NCBI GenBank assembly: GCA_043228905.1
Contig: JBHGNT010000002.1
Coordinates: 19,034,001-19,098,000, forward strand
Reading direction: 5' to 3'
Length of the DNA stretch: 64,000 nt
From: Azolla caroliniana
Lineage: Eukaryota; Plantae; Polypodiophyta
Of this stretch, positions 50,541 to 62,765 are shown piece by piece. Position 1 is the first letter of the stretch, and each line of letters opens with the position of its first letter. Made by a program: the position numbers and the translations under genes. Below the pieces are notes generated by a model, which saw only the letters and a list, made by a program, of their open reading frames with translations, was not told the DNA's origin and made no database searches.

Positions 50541-51421
50541 AAACTCGTAATGGCCATAGCGCGTACGAAATGCCGTTTTAGGAACATCGTCCTCACTTAT
50601 TCGTATTTGATGGTAGCCAGTACGGAGATCAAGTTTCGTAAAATACCGAGCTCCCTGGAGAGACGGTCAATTAGATCGTCAGCCCGAGGCAATGGATACG
50701 AATTCTTGATCGTCACTTTATTCAAGCGTCGGTAATTAATACACATACGCCATGTGCCCTCTTTCTTTTTAACCAAGAGAACTGGTGCACCCCATGGAGA
50801 TTTACTATAACGTATATAACCCATTCGTAAATAGTCCTTGAGTTGCTTAGATACCTCATCTTCTTCGGATCGACTTAAGCGATACGGAAGTATACTTATT
50901 GGTGCAACACCAGGTACAATATCTATACGATGGTCTATATTAGGGTAAAAGCATGCGAGTGGAAACACTATTATAGCTAATTAGCTACTAAAATGGCCAT
51001 AGCTAATTAGCTATTTGTTTAGCTAGTCTTTCTTGTGGGAAAATCAAATATTTGAAAAACTAATTTATGAAAAAACTCAAATATTTGAACTTCTGTTTCA
51101 GACGTAGTGGAACTTGGGGAATATCACCATCATCTAAGGTCGACTTCAATGTCATCAATTTCCTGTTTAGCCTAAGTCTGATTTTGAACGCAGATGGAGT
51201 ACTCAGAGCACGAACGCAGACGTAGCTCCCGCAACAGCAAAAAATCGACATTGCAGATTGAGAGCTACAACACAGAACCTGCTCGATCATCGTCCAGGTA
51301 TGTTTCAGTTATAGAAACCCCAAACATTTGTTTTTTCTTTTTGACTACTGTCTGAACTTTGGTGCTGATTCATATTTCCCCAAAATCGAATAGGGCGAAG
51401 TCCTTGGAGTCCCATACAAGG

Positions 51422-54400
51422 ATGTCTCGCAAATCGGGGAGTAGCAACAGGTGTGTTTATATTACTTTTTTTGTGTTTAATCCTGTCTTTAGTGATTAGG
51501 GTTTGTGATTGAAATTTCTGATTAGGGTTTGTGATTGAAATTTCTGATTAGGGTTTTTGATTATAAATTTCTGATTAGAATTTCTGAATAGGGTTTCTGG
51601 TTACAAATTTTGATTACAAATTAGAAATTTGATTACAAATTATGATTAGGGTTTCTGATTTGCTAAGTTAAAGATTTTGCACCATTTTTGTTGTTGTTGA
51701 TTGGGGTTTTTGATTCTCACATATTCTGATTTTGCACTATTTCTGATTTCTGAAATGATATTTCAGATGGCTCGTTCCTCCGTATACGAGAGTGCTAAAC
51801 TTCGCAAAATTTTGCGAGACAAAGGAGGATTTCCACAACACCTATGGTCTGTCACTCGAGGGTGTTGACCCTGCTGTCCTAAGTGATAAATTGATCAGTG
51901 ATATAGACTGGATGACAGTATATACAGTGCCTAGAGTCAAAGGCAAGGTCAAGCTGAAGCATGTACGAGCCGACTTGTACGATGACTGCATGAGACTGCA
52001 CCAGAAAGTTCATCAGGAGATCCCAATCAACAATGAGTTGTCAGTTTCATTTGCTAGAGCATTTGCATATGAGTACTGCAAAACAACGAAGGAATCTAGA
52101 GACCCTGAAATGTATAGGGTAGCTTGGGCAGTCTATGGTGAGGCATCGGTAAAAAGATGCCGAAAGATGGGGACCTTGGCACAAAAAATAGACAGATTTT
52201 GGAGCATGGCAGCTGTTGATGCAACTGCCGACTCCCAGCAAGACCGGGGGCATACACCACACCGACACCCAAGGAAAGCCCATGTCGATGATACAGGTGA
52301 GACATTGGTTAGCTATATGCTAAAAAATGTCCATGAAGCCTGTGAGACATTGGCATTTTTTAAGACTGATTTAGAGAAAGCCACAATGGCTTCTGCAATG
52401 GAGAGCAAAGTTACTTCTGCTGTTACAACAATTAGAAATAAGATTCAGGTAACTATTGTTTTGCTGGTATGTGATTGTGTTATAAATAACGGGTAAAATG
52501 TGCTAATCAAGCATTATCTGGAATAGGTTGCGCAACAGGAGCTTGAATTAGAGGGGCCACTGGATCCCCAGCGTAAAATAGAACTGCAAATAGAGATCCA
52601 GGTTCTTTCAATGAACCTGGACCTTCTAGGTGTAAATACTGTTGCAGATTACAATTTGGATAAGCTTCAAGTAAGTTAACGATTCCTGAGCAAAGTTGGT
52701 GTATCTTTCAACAACAAGAATAATTAATCGGTAAATTTCTCTGTTGCGTTGAAGGAACAATACATTCATCAAGAACAGGTAGTTAGCTGCCTTAAGAAGA
52801 AGCTACATTTTGTGGAGGGAATGGTAAGGACCAGACAGGATTTGGACCTGAACATTCTTGCTCCCTTACCAAATGAAGTAGAACCAGAAAATGATTTATT
52901 GACAGTTCAAGCACGTTGCATCGCTTGCGGGTTAGGTGTGGAGGACAAAACTGCGTCTTTGTTGGTTCACCTACAACCATGCAACCACACATACCATCTG
53001 CTTTGTTTTCAACATGCCTGTCGAATTGCTGCATTCTGTTTGGGAGATTGCAGTACAACTCTACCAAATGAGTGGAGAAAACAAACAGGTATACCATACT
53101 GTAGCTAATAAGCTTAGTCTTTTCTAATTAGCTATCCTACTAGCTAATTAGCTACTGGTAGCTAATGAGCTACTAGCTAATTAGCTAGTACCATAGTTGT
53201 GTAAAAAAGCTAAATAGCTATCCTACTAGCTAATTAGCCACTGGCAACTAATTAGCTATCCTAGTAACTAATTAGCTACTGCCATAGTTGTGTAAAGTAG
53301 CTTATAAGCTATCCTAGTAGCTAGTTAGCTATGGTACTAGCTAATTAGCTAGTACCATAGTTGTGTAAAAAAGCTAATTAGCTATCCTACTAGCTAATTA
53401 GCTACTGGCAACTAATTAGCTATCCTACTAGCTAATTAGCTATCATAGTAGCTAATTAGCTACTGACATAGTTGTGTAAAGTAGCTAATAAGCTATCCTA
53501 GTAGCTAGTTAGCTATGGTACTAGCTAATTAGCTAGTAGCATAGTTGTGTAAAATAGCTAATTAGCTATCCTACTAGCTAATTAGCTACTGGCAACTAAT
53601 TAGCTATCCTACTAGCTAATTAGCTATCCTACTAGCTAATTAGCTATCATAGTAGCTAATTAGCTACTGACATAGTTGTGTAAAGTAGCTAATAAGCTAT
53701 CCTAGTAGCTAATTAGCTACTGGCAGCTAATTAGCTATCCTAGTAGCTAATTAGCTACTGGCAGCTAATTAGCTGTCCTAGTAGCTAATAAGCTATCCTA
53801 GCTACTACATAGTTGAGAAAGTAGCTAATTAGCTTTCATTGTAGCTAATTAGCTATCCTAGCTACCACCATAGTTAGTAAAGTAGCTAATTAGCTATCCT
53901 AGCTACTACCATAGTTAGTAAAGTAGCTAATTAGCTATCCTAGCTACTACCATAGTTGAGTAAAGTAGCTAATTAGCTACCATAGTAGCTAATTAGCTAT
54001 CCTAGCTACTACTATAGTTGTGTAAAGTAGCTAATAAGCTATCCTACTAGCTAATTAGCTATCCTAGTAGGTAATTAGCTATGGTACTAGCTAATTAGCT
54101 AGTACTATAGTTGTGTAAAAAAGCTAATTAGGTATCCTACTAGCTAATTAGCCACTGGCAACTAATTAGCTATCCTAGTAACTAATTAGCTACTGCCATA
54201 GTTGTGTAAAGTAGCTAATAAGCTATCCTAGTAGCTAATTAGCTACTAGCAGCTAATTAGCTATCCTAGTAGCTAATTAGCTACTAGCAGCTAATTAGCT
54301 ATCCTAGTAGCTAATTAGCTACTAGCAGCTAATTAGCTATCCTAGTAGCTAATTAGCTATCCTACTAGCTAATTAGCTACTACCATAGTTGAGTAAAGTA

Positions 54401-55432
54401 CCTAATTAGCTATCCTACTAGCTAATTAGCTACTACCATAGTTGAGTAAAGTACCTAATTAGCTATCCTACTAGCTAATTAGCTACTGGCAACTAATTAG
54501 CTATCCTAGTAGCTAATTAGCTATCCTACTAGCTAATTAGCTGCTGGCAACTAATTAGCTATCCTACTAGCGAATTAGCTATCCTAGTAGCTACTGCCAT
54601 AGTTGTGTAAAGTAGCTAATAAGCTATCCTAGTAGCTAATTAGCTACTGGCAGCTAATTAGCTGTCCTAGTAGCTAATAAGCTATCCTAACTACTACCAT
54701 AGTTGAGTAAAGTACCTAATTAGCTATCCTAACTACTACCATAGTTGAGTAAAGTACCTAATTAGCTATCATACTAGCTAATTAGCTATCGTACTAGCTA
54801 ATTAGCTATCGTACTAGCTAATTAGCTATCCTAGCTTCTACCATAGTTTAGTAAAGTAGCTAATTAGCTATCCTAAATAACTGTCATGTTATTGTAGAAT
54901 CTTGTGGATTAAGGACGGCACATGATGTGTCTGGTGCTGATGATGCTGCAACAGATGAGGATACTACTGCCAATGTGGCTGAAGTAAGAGTCCTGCTATC
55001 ACATCTCCTTCAGATCAGCTGCACCCTATTCTTTTGGAACAGTGTACTGAATTAGGCAACGATGTGAAATGCCATGAAATAGTGGAAACAACATGTAAAA
55101 CTGAGGTTCACAACAACAGTGTTTATGAACACTTGATGCAACATTTCTTCGAGTCTCAAGACCTTGATTCCACCCCACCGAGCCCAACTACTGAAAATGT
55201 CCAAACAGATCCCTCTGTACTTGAAAAGCTAGTTCAAGAAACGGCTGATGTGCAATTAGCTGCTGAGGCGATGGGAAGGTTGTCGGAGGAGGACACACTT
55301 GCGCATTGGGTCCTAGAAGCAAGGCTAAATGGGGAACCAACCAGAAAAAGGCTAAAGAAGGGGCCACGATCGGGAACAAGACCAGTTACTCGGTCAAGGG
55401 GCCCAGACGTAGTGGAGCGAAATACTGTTTAG
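51422..55432 (+). CDS. Predicted 6-exon cargo gene, about 554 aa, coiled coil plus RING-H2-like finger (exons 51422-51450, 51767-52448, 52527-52670, 52755-53088, 54898-54983, 55043-55432)
   Basis: All five GT-AG junctions preserve frame with no stop; CIAC...CNHTYHLLC...CLGDC is a C3H2C3 pattern; the last intron is only 59 nt, so the 3' exons are less certain. Confidence 0.7.
53100..54875. repeat. Satellite-like array of the palindrome TAGCTAATTAGCTA, within intron 4 of the RING gene
   Basis: Dozens of copies at about 20-nt spacing with short linkers (TCCTAG, CTGGCA, CCATAGTTGTGTAAAG). Confidence 0.95.
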
Positions 55433-55602
55433 TTGGATATGATTGTTAGCTTAGGGATTTTGCTAGGGTTTTATGCAGTTTTACTATCCTGTTGGACAAG
55501 TAAAACCTCAGATTGGTTGTTGCTTGATCCACATTATGTAATGGAACTCTATGATGTTTTCCCAAGATAATTTGAAGAGTGTTGTTCTATGACTGAAACT
55601 CT

Positions 55603-56775
55603 TTGATGTTCAGGATATTGTTTTGTGAGACTATTAGTTACTTTGTGAGTGTGAATATGTTGGTGTTTTCTGATGTTGCAGAGTCTAAAGGGTTTGATTC
55701 TATTGCTCGTAAGGCCAATGGCAGTGTGGATACTGTTGATGTTGCGGCATGTTTAAAGGGCCCCATCTTGAAAGTAGATGTAGCAACTGACACAAGTGAT
55801 CTGGTCACACAAGTTGATCAAGCATGTAGCATGGATGACTTGGTGTTGCAGGTAGATGCAGCATGTAGCACGGATGACTTGGTGTTGCAGGTAGATGCAG
55901 CATGTAGCACGGATGACTTGGTGTTGCAGGTAGATGCAGCATGTAGCACGGATGACTTGGTGTTGCAGGTAGATGCAGCATGTGATACCAGTGGACTGAT
56001 ATCGAGCAGAACAGTAGCTACATGCACTGAGGTAATCCAAGGATTGATAACTAAGTCGACAAAACAAGAGCACCAGAATGTGAAGCTAGGCCCAACACAG
56101 TCGACTAGGGGTTTAAAGAGGAAAAGGACACCAGTTGTGTCAGCCGAACCTGAGCTGATTGAGATTGATCGTATCCTACCAGAAAATGGTGTAACAGCGG
56201 CTCAGTTTCAGGAATGGAAACCTAAACCACTAGAAGTCGAAAGAAGAGCCTTGATCTTGGAGCTGGATAAAGTCTTGATGAGTGTGAGATATATGCAGCC
56301 AAGGAGGGACGCAAATCAGTTTCTAAAGTGGGCTGTGGAGTACTCTGATTTGTTTATTTGGAGTGAAAAACCAAAATCAGATGTGTGGAAGTGTTTGGCA
56401 AGATTCTTCCCAAAATGGCGAAGTCGTTTTAAAGGTCAATGGGCACGAGAAAATTGTGAGCAGATGGAAGCTGCAAGATTCAAGAGACTTTCTGATTTTT
56501 GGGCTACTTGGCCTGAATATAATGCTGACAATACATTGATTTTGGATACAGAACATTTCCGACACTACTTCAATATTCGGAGATGCTGTCTCATTCTACC
56601 CGAGGAAATGCCTGAACAGTACCTGGTGCAAACAGTGAGCTGCCAACTAGGTGCATGGTTGTGGACTCCATACCGAGCTCAATATGCGGATAATATATGT
56701 AGACTCGTTCCACTGACTAGCAAGAGCTTAGCTGTTTATAGGAGATTTGTAGACATTTCCAATGGTAATTTATAA
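55603..56775 (+). CDS. Cargo ORF: 13-aa tandem repeats plus a divergent FCP1/NIF-like HAD domain (first ATG at 55657)
   Basis: ALILELDKVLM (motif I-like), NQFLKWAVEYSDLFIWS, FKRLSDFW, YNADNTLILD follow the FCP1-homology motif order; 39-bp repeat encodes DAACSTDDLVLQV. Confidence 0.6.
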   Translation: MMFRILFCETISYFVSVNMLVFSDVAESKGFDSIARKANGSVDTVDVAACLKGPILKVDVATDTSDLVTQVDQACSMDDLVLQVDAACSTDDLVLQVDAACSTDDLVLQVDAACSTDDLVLQVDAACDTSGLISSRTVATCTEVIQGLITKSTKQEHQNVKLGPTQSTRGLKRKRTPVVSAEPELIEIDRILPENGVTAAQFQEWKPKPLEVERRALILELDKVLMSVRYMQPRRDANQFLKWAVEYSDLFIWSEKPKSDVWKCLARFFPKWRSRFKGQWARENCEQMEAARFKRLSDFWATWPEYNADNTLILDTEHFRHYFNIRRCCLILPEEMPEQYLVQTVSCQLGAWLWTPYRAQYADNICRLVPLTSKSLAVYRRFVDISNGNL

Positions 56776-56906
56776 ATATGTAAAGAGATGACATTATTCA
56801 ATGAAGAATTTAATTACTTGTTCCCACTGTACTTATCTACTGTGTAATTTGAGGAATATGTTGCAGATTGTTGATTTCATTCTATTGATGACTATTTAGC
56901 TATTGA

Positions 56907-57922
56907 CAGCTAATTAGCTGCATTTGTACAGCTAATTAGCTACTGATGACTATTTCGCTATAACTTATAACTTAAAACTTAACAAAAAAGACATGATTTT
57001 ATTGAGAAAGAAGCACAGAAAGCAGACTGTATACAAGAAATTGATTCCAAACGAATTTATTGATCTGTTTTCGCGAAATACATGTTTGTTTTACAAGAGG
57101 ACATGGTAAGTGCTACTTGTAGCTACAAATTCCATGGCATACTATTGTAAATACATTTGTACAGCTAATTAGCTGCATTTGTACAGCTAATTAGCTACTG
57201 ATGACTATTTCGCTATAACTTATAACTTAAAACTTAACAAAAAAGACATGATTTTATTGAGAAAGAAGCACAGAAAGCAGACTGTATACAAGAAATTGAT
57301 TCCAAACGAATTTATTGATCTGTTTTCGCGAAATACATGTTTGTTTTACAAGAGGACATGGTAAGTGCTACTTGTAGCTACAAATTCCATGGCATACTAT
57401 TGTAAATACATTTGTACAGCTAATTAGCTGCATTTGTACAGCTAATTAGCTACTGATGACTATTTCGCTATAACTTATAACTTAAAACTTAACAAAAAAG
57501 ACATGATTTTATTGAGAAAGAAGCACAGAAAGCAGACTGTATACAAGAAATTGATTCCAAACGAATTTATTGATCTGTTTTCGCGAAATACATGTTTGTT
57601 TTACAAGAGGACATGGTAAGTGCTACTTGTAGCTACAAATTCCATGGCATACTATTGTAAATACATTTGTACAGCTAATTAGCTGCATTTGTACAGCTAA
57701 TTAGCTACTGATGACTATTTCGCTATAACTTATAACTTAAAACTTAACAAAAAAGACATGATTTTATTGAGAAAGAAGCACAGAAAGCAGACTGTATACA
57801 AGAAATTGATTCCAAACGAATTTATTGATTTGTTTTCGCGAAATACATGTTTGTTTTACAAGAGAACATGGTAAGTGCTACTTGTAGCTACAAATTCCAT
57901 GGCATACTATTGTAAATACATT
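56907..57922. repeat. Four near-identical 255-bp tandem repeats
   Basis: Unit starts at 56907, 57162, 57417 and 57672; each includes the last codons, stop and 3' flank of the transposase. Confidence 0.95.
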
Positions 57923-60900
57923 CATACACATTAGCACCAACAGTGTATAAACCGGAGCAGCTATTGTATTCTGACATTGGGACGTTGATGCATCTGACCA
58001 AATGAGAGTACATATACGCCGCTGGTTTGTCTTCTAACAGCCTGTACACATATTCGTAGTCATCTAGTTTTGCATAAAAAATGCCTTCGATGTAGAATGT
58101 CCCGGCAGATACAAAATTTCCCCATGCATCTACAATATTCTGCCTTGCACACTGTTTACTAACCGTGCACTTTAATATATAGAAATCAGCACCCTCTGAA
58201 TTTCCTTCTTCAGCATTTACAGCGAAGTTATCCCCAACGTTCAGGACATCACTCAAAGTATCTCCAAGTCCCTCATATGTGAAGTCAGCATTCTGCCCTG
58301 TTTCTCCATCAACTGCTTCCTTATCATTCAGAGTGTGATACTCCCAATTCTGAATGTATGCTTTGTTTAGACAATATCTCCAATTTCCCTGCACACAATG
58401 GAAGCAAAAACAAGTCAATTCTCTAACCGCAATACAATGACCATCCAACCTGGAATAACCGCGAACAGCATGCAGAGATCGCAATTCGGGAATTCCTTGG
58501 CACTCCCAGGTCTTCTCCCTATTTACTTCATCTATCTTCACTTCCCAAAATTCACGTTTGATATCTCGAACTTGCGAGGAATAAACACCTGTGGCACTCG
58601 TCGACATATTTGTTCTTAAAAATTCAACTACATGTGATGCACAATTCATGTGCACACCATCTGTCTTTAGTTGTTCATGGGTAAGTGCCCACTTTATAAC
58701 AGCCCCTGCACCATCATGTTCACCTTTACCATGGCCAGACCCAAAAAAATTCCATCTCATCTCCAAACCTGTTATAGCAGGATACCTCCCCACAAAATAA
58801 AATGGACGTCGAGCCTTGAATTGTGACGCAGCTCCGTCAGACCAGACCCAATGTTGAGTAAGCTCCAAACGTTGAGCTAATAACCACTGCCAATGTAACT
58901 TAAAACAGTGTTGGACGAACAAGGTATCATGCTTCTTATCATCGGAAATAAAGAAATGAATTACTTTTTTAACATCACCTGAAACTCGAAAATATGTTAT
59001 GTGCACAAAAATGGTTACCTGAACTGAACACCAATGCATAGATTGAATTTCATTCTGCTGCTTGAAAGTATAATTCTCTGCGAAATCTACTACTGAGACT
59101 ACTACATCATTTGGGAAATCAGATATGCAAGTCTTAAACTGATGGGCCTGCCATGAATAAATGAAGTTGTGTTTAATGAACTTTCCTAGAGATACTACAA
59201 ACAGAGACACCAAATCCCTTGGTTTAAGCATCTTCCGAACTAGATCCTTTCTTTTACACACCTTTCCTTCGAAATTGGTGTTCACTGACTCAAATAACTT
59301 CACAGAGATCAATATTTCACTACTCAATTCATTTGGACACCACCTAAATCTAGTAGGGCCACAATCTTGACATAAACCCATGACACATTTATGAATATGG
59401 AAGATAGCGTCAGATTCTCTCGGACACAATATTGAATCTAATAAATAACTCATGGAAGAGATAACGTGCTCAGATGATTTACACTCCTCTTGCGGGCTTG
59501 ATCGACAGATTGGGCACCCACATGTGCAAACTGTATTAGTTAGGGATGCGCTATGGTGACGTAGTAGATTAACAGAGTCCTTCAGAAAACCCATCTGTAC
59601 ATGGTAAATGCAACAACATGTGTATCGATCCTTTAAGCATCTCACAAAGTGTGGCTTAAGAGACTCGAATGTTCGTAGTTGAACTTTGATAGTTGGATGC
59701 ATTCGTTTGAACCTAATAAATAAATCGACCTGCGTAATAAAGGGGAATTAGTTATTCTCGTAACTAGCTAACTATCCTAGTAGCTAATTAGCTATTCTAG
59801 TAGCTAGTTAGCTATTCTAGTAGCTAGTTAGCTATTCTAGTAGCTAATTAGCTATCATGGTAGCTAATTAGCTGTCCTAGTAGCTAATTGGTTGTCCTAG
59901 TAGCTAATTAGCTATCATGGTAGCTAATTAGCTGTCGTAGTAGCTAATTAGCTATCATGGTAGCTAATTAGCTATTCTAGTAGCTAATTAGCTATTCTAG
60001 TAGCTAATTAGCTATCATGGTAGCTAATTAGCTGTCGTAGTAGCTAATTAGCTATCATGGTAGCTAATTAGCTGTCCTAGTAGCTAATTAGTTGTCCTAG
60101 TAGCTAATTAGCTATCATGGTAGCTAATTAGCTGCTCTAGTAGCTAATTAGCTATCATGGTGGCTAATTAGCTTTCCTAGTAACTAATTAGCTATCATGG
60201 TAGCTAATTAGCTTGTCTAGTAGCTAATTAGCTATCATGGTGGCTAATTAGCTTTCCTAGTAACTAATTAGCTATCATGGTAGCTAATTAGCTGGTCTAG
60301 TAGCTAATTAGCTATCGTGGTAGCTAATTAGCTGGTCTAGTAGCTAATTAGCTATAATGGTGGCTGATTAGCTTTCCTAGTAACTAATTAGGTATCATGG
60401 TAGCTAATTAGCTGGTATAGTAGCTAATTAGCTATCATGGTAGCTAATTAGCTATCACGGTGGCTAATTAGCTGTCCTAGTAACTAATTAGCTATCATGG
60501 TAGCTAATTAGCTGGTCTAGTAGCTAACTAGCTATAATGGTGGCTAATTAGCTATCCTAACTAACTAGCTATCATGGTAGTAGCTATTGAGAGTAGCCAG
60601 TTACCTATGTAGTAGCTATCATAGTAGCTAATTAGCTATCATGGTAGCTAATTAGCTTTCCTAGTAGCTAATTAGCTGGTAATAACGAAATAGCTAACTA
60701 GCTACCATGATAGCTAACTAGCTAGCAGTACAACTAATTATCTGGTAGTACCTAAATTAGCTATTGAGAATAGCTAATTAGCTATCATGGTAGTAACTAT
60801 TGAGAGTAGCTAGTTACCTATGTAGTAGCGATCCTAGTAGCTAACTGAGGTAAATGTAACTGATAAGCTAATTAGCTTTTCTGCTAACTGAGCTAATTAA

Positions 60901-61695
60901 CTTTCCGAGTAGAGTCAAAACAAATGTTGAGATAAATGTAAATACCTGAGGTACATCAAGAAGATGAATGGGATGCTCCTCGTATTGATTTCTTCCAACA
61001 CGTTTCCTGCATAAATCCTTTTTATTGGGTGAAACCCTACTCTCATTAGTCCAAAACATTGTGATTACATCCTTGATTTCAAATGTTATGGGTGTCATTG
61101 GCTTACATCTTGTAGTTAGCTTTAGTAGACTAGTTCCTTCACCCGAGGAAATTATACGGTTCATTGTATTGTACACTGTTTTTCTACTAACACCAATTAC
61201 CTTAGATAGCTCACTGATGTTTATATCGTCAACATCACTATTAAGTAACATCATTAGACTAGACCTTTTTAAGACAAGATCATCTTCTGACCTGCTCATG
61301 GATACGAAACTATTACGAAGATTATTTACTAAAATAGATGATATGTTTGCATTAAGACCATCACAATCAACTAAGTCCTTTATCGATGGATCATTACATA
61401 TTCCATAAAGTACTACCTTCTTTTCTTCATTGCTGATGTGCTTGGTTTGAACATTGAAATAGTCTACAACCTTTCTCTCTATGATGGTAGTCGCATTACT
61501 TACATTCTCAGCTAAACTATCCTTACCTTTACTGAGTGTGGCTTTCGTATCCTTCAACAATTGACGATGTTTCCTTTTTTTTTCTGCCCAATAGTTTCGT
61601 ATGGCTTGTTGTGTCCTGATAACATCATCCCTATCCTTATGATCATTGAGGGGTAATTCTAAACACCCTTCTTCCCCTTCCATTTGGCTAGACAT
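57888..61695 (-). CDS. Sola2-type DDD transposase, 2 exons (61695-60946 and 59729-57888), about 863 aa
   Basis: Phase-0 GT-AG splice gives HLLDVPQ|VDLFIRFKRMHP...FESLKP...CCCIYH; catalytic motifs VVDFAENY, SDDKKHD, WSDGAASQFK, GSGHGKGEHDGAG; C-terminal CFCFHC; no stops. Confidence 0.85.
59755..60900. repeat. TAGCTAATTAGCTA array with a strict period of about 20 bp, filling the transposase intron (59730-60945)
   Basis: Alternating TAGCTAATTAGCTATCATGG and TAGCTAATTAGCTGTCCTAG units. Confidence 0.95.
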
Positions 61696-61999
61696 GTTAA
61701 AACCCTAAATTTCCAGAAAAAAAAACAAGTATTAAAGATGGCTATGGGCAACAACAATACACAAAAATATTCCACACAATACACAAGATTAGACACAACA
61801 ATACACAAGATAATCAATAGACAGAAAAGTTATTGCAATCCAAGACCGAACAGTAGAGGATTTCACTCTGTTGGATCCAACAGTTGAGGAGGCGATCCAA
61901 GACCGACCAATGGCAACAACTGAGTGTAGAATGTTGCCGTTGGATGAGTGAACTCCGTCAAATCGAAATGTGGAAGCAATCCGTGACTGGACAGTAGTG

Positions 62000-62765
62000 G
62001 CAACTGAGTATAGAATGATGGCAATGGAGGAGAGAACCCCGTCAGATTGAACAGTTACCGATGATGCTTGAAACGCACATAGAAGGCACTTGAGAATAGA
62101 GTGGCATAGAGAAGAGAACCCCGTCAGATTGAACAGTTACCAATGATGCTTGAAACGCACAGTAGCGGCCCCTGAGTGAGAGTGGAAAAGAGAAGAGAAC
62201 CCCGTCAGATTGAACAGTTACCAATGATGCTTGAAACGCACAGTAGCGGCCCCTGAGTGAGAGTGGAAAAGAGAAGAGAACCCCGTCAGATTGAATAGCT
62301 CTTTGATTATGCTTGGAACGCACAGTAGCAACCCCTGAGTGTAGAGTGGCAAAGAGAAGAGAACCCCCTCAGATTGAACAGCTCTTTGATGATGCTTGGA
62401 ACGCACAATAATGGCCCTTGAGTGTAGAGTGGCACAGAGAAGAGAACCCCCTCAGATTGAACAGCTCTTTGATGATGCTTGGAACGCACAGTAATGGCCC
62501 CTGAGTGTAGAGTGGCACAGAGAAGAGAACCCCGTCAGATTGAACAGCTCTTTGATGATGCTTGGAATGCACAGTAGTGGCCCCTGAGTGTAGAGTGGCA
62601 CAGAGAAGAGAACCCCGTCAGATTGAACAGCTCTTTGATGATGCTTGGAATGCACAGTAGTGGCCCCTGAGTGTAGAGTGTCACAGAGAAGAGAACCCCG
62701 TCAGATTGAGCAGCTCTTTGATGATGCTTGGAACGCACAGTAGCGGCCCCTCAGTGTAGAGTGGC
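62000..62765. repeat. About 9 copies of an 81-83-bp tandem repeat upstream of the transposase, near the right TIR
   Basis: AGAGAACCCC(G/C)TCAGATTGA recurs at 62031, 62113, 62194, 62275, 62358, 62441, 62524, 62607 and 62690. Confidence 0.95.

Noticed and set aside
62000-62765. CRISPR-like array
   Set aside because: Units are homologous along their whole length with no unique spacers; there are no cas genes and the context is eukaryotic. The short ORFs here are repeat artefacts.
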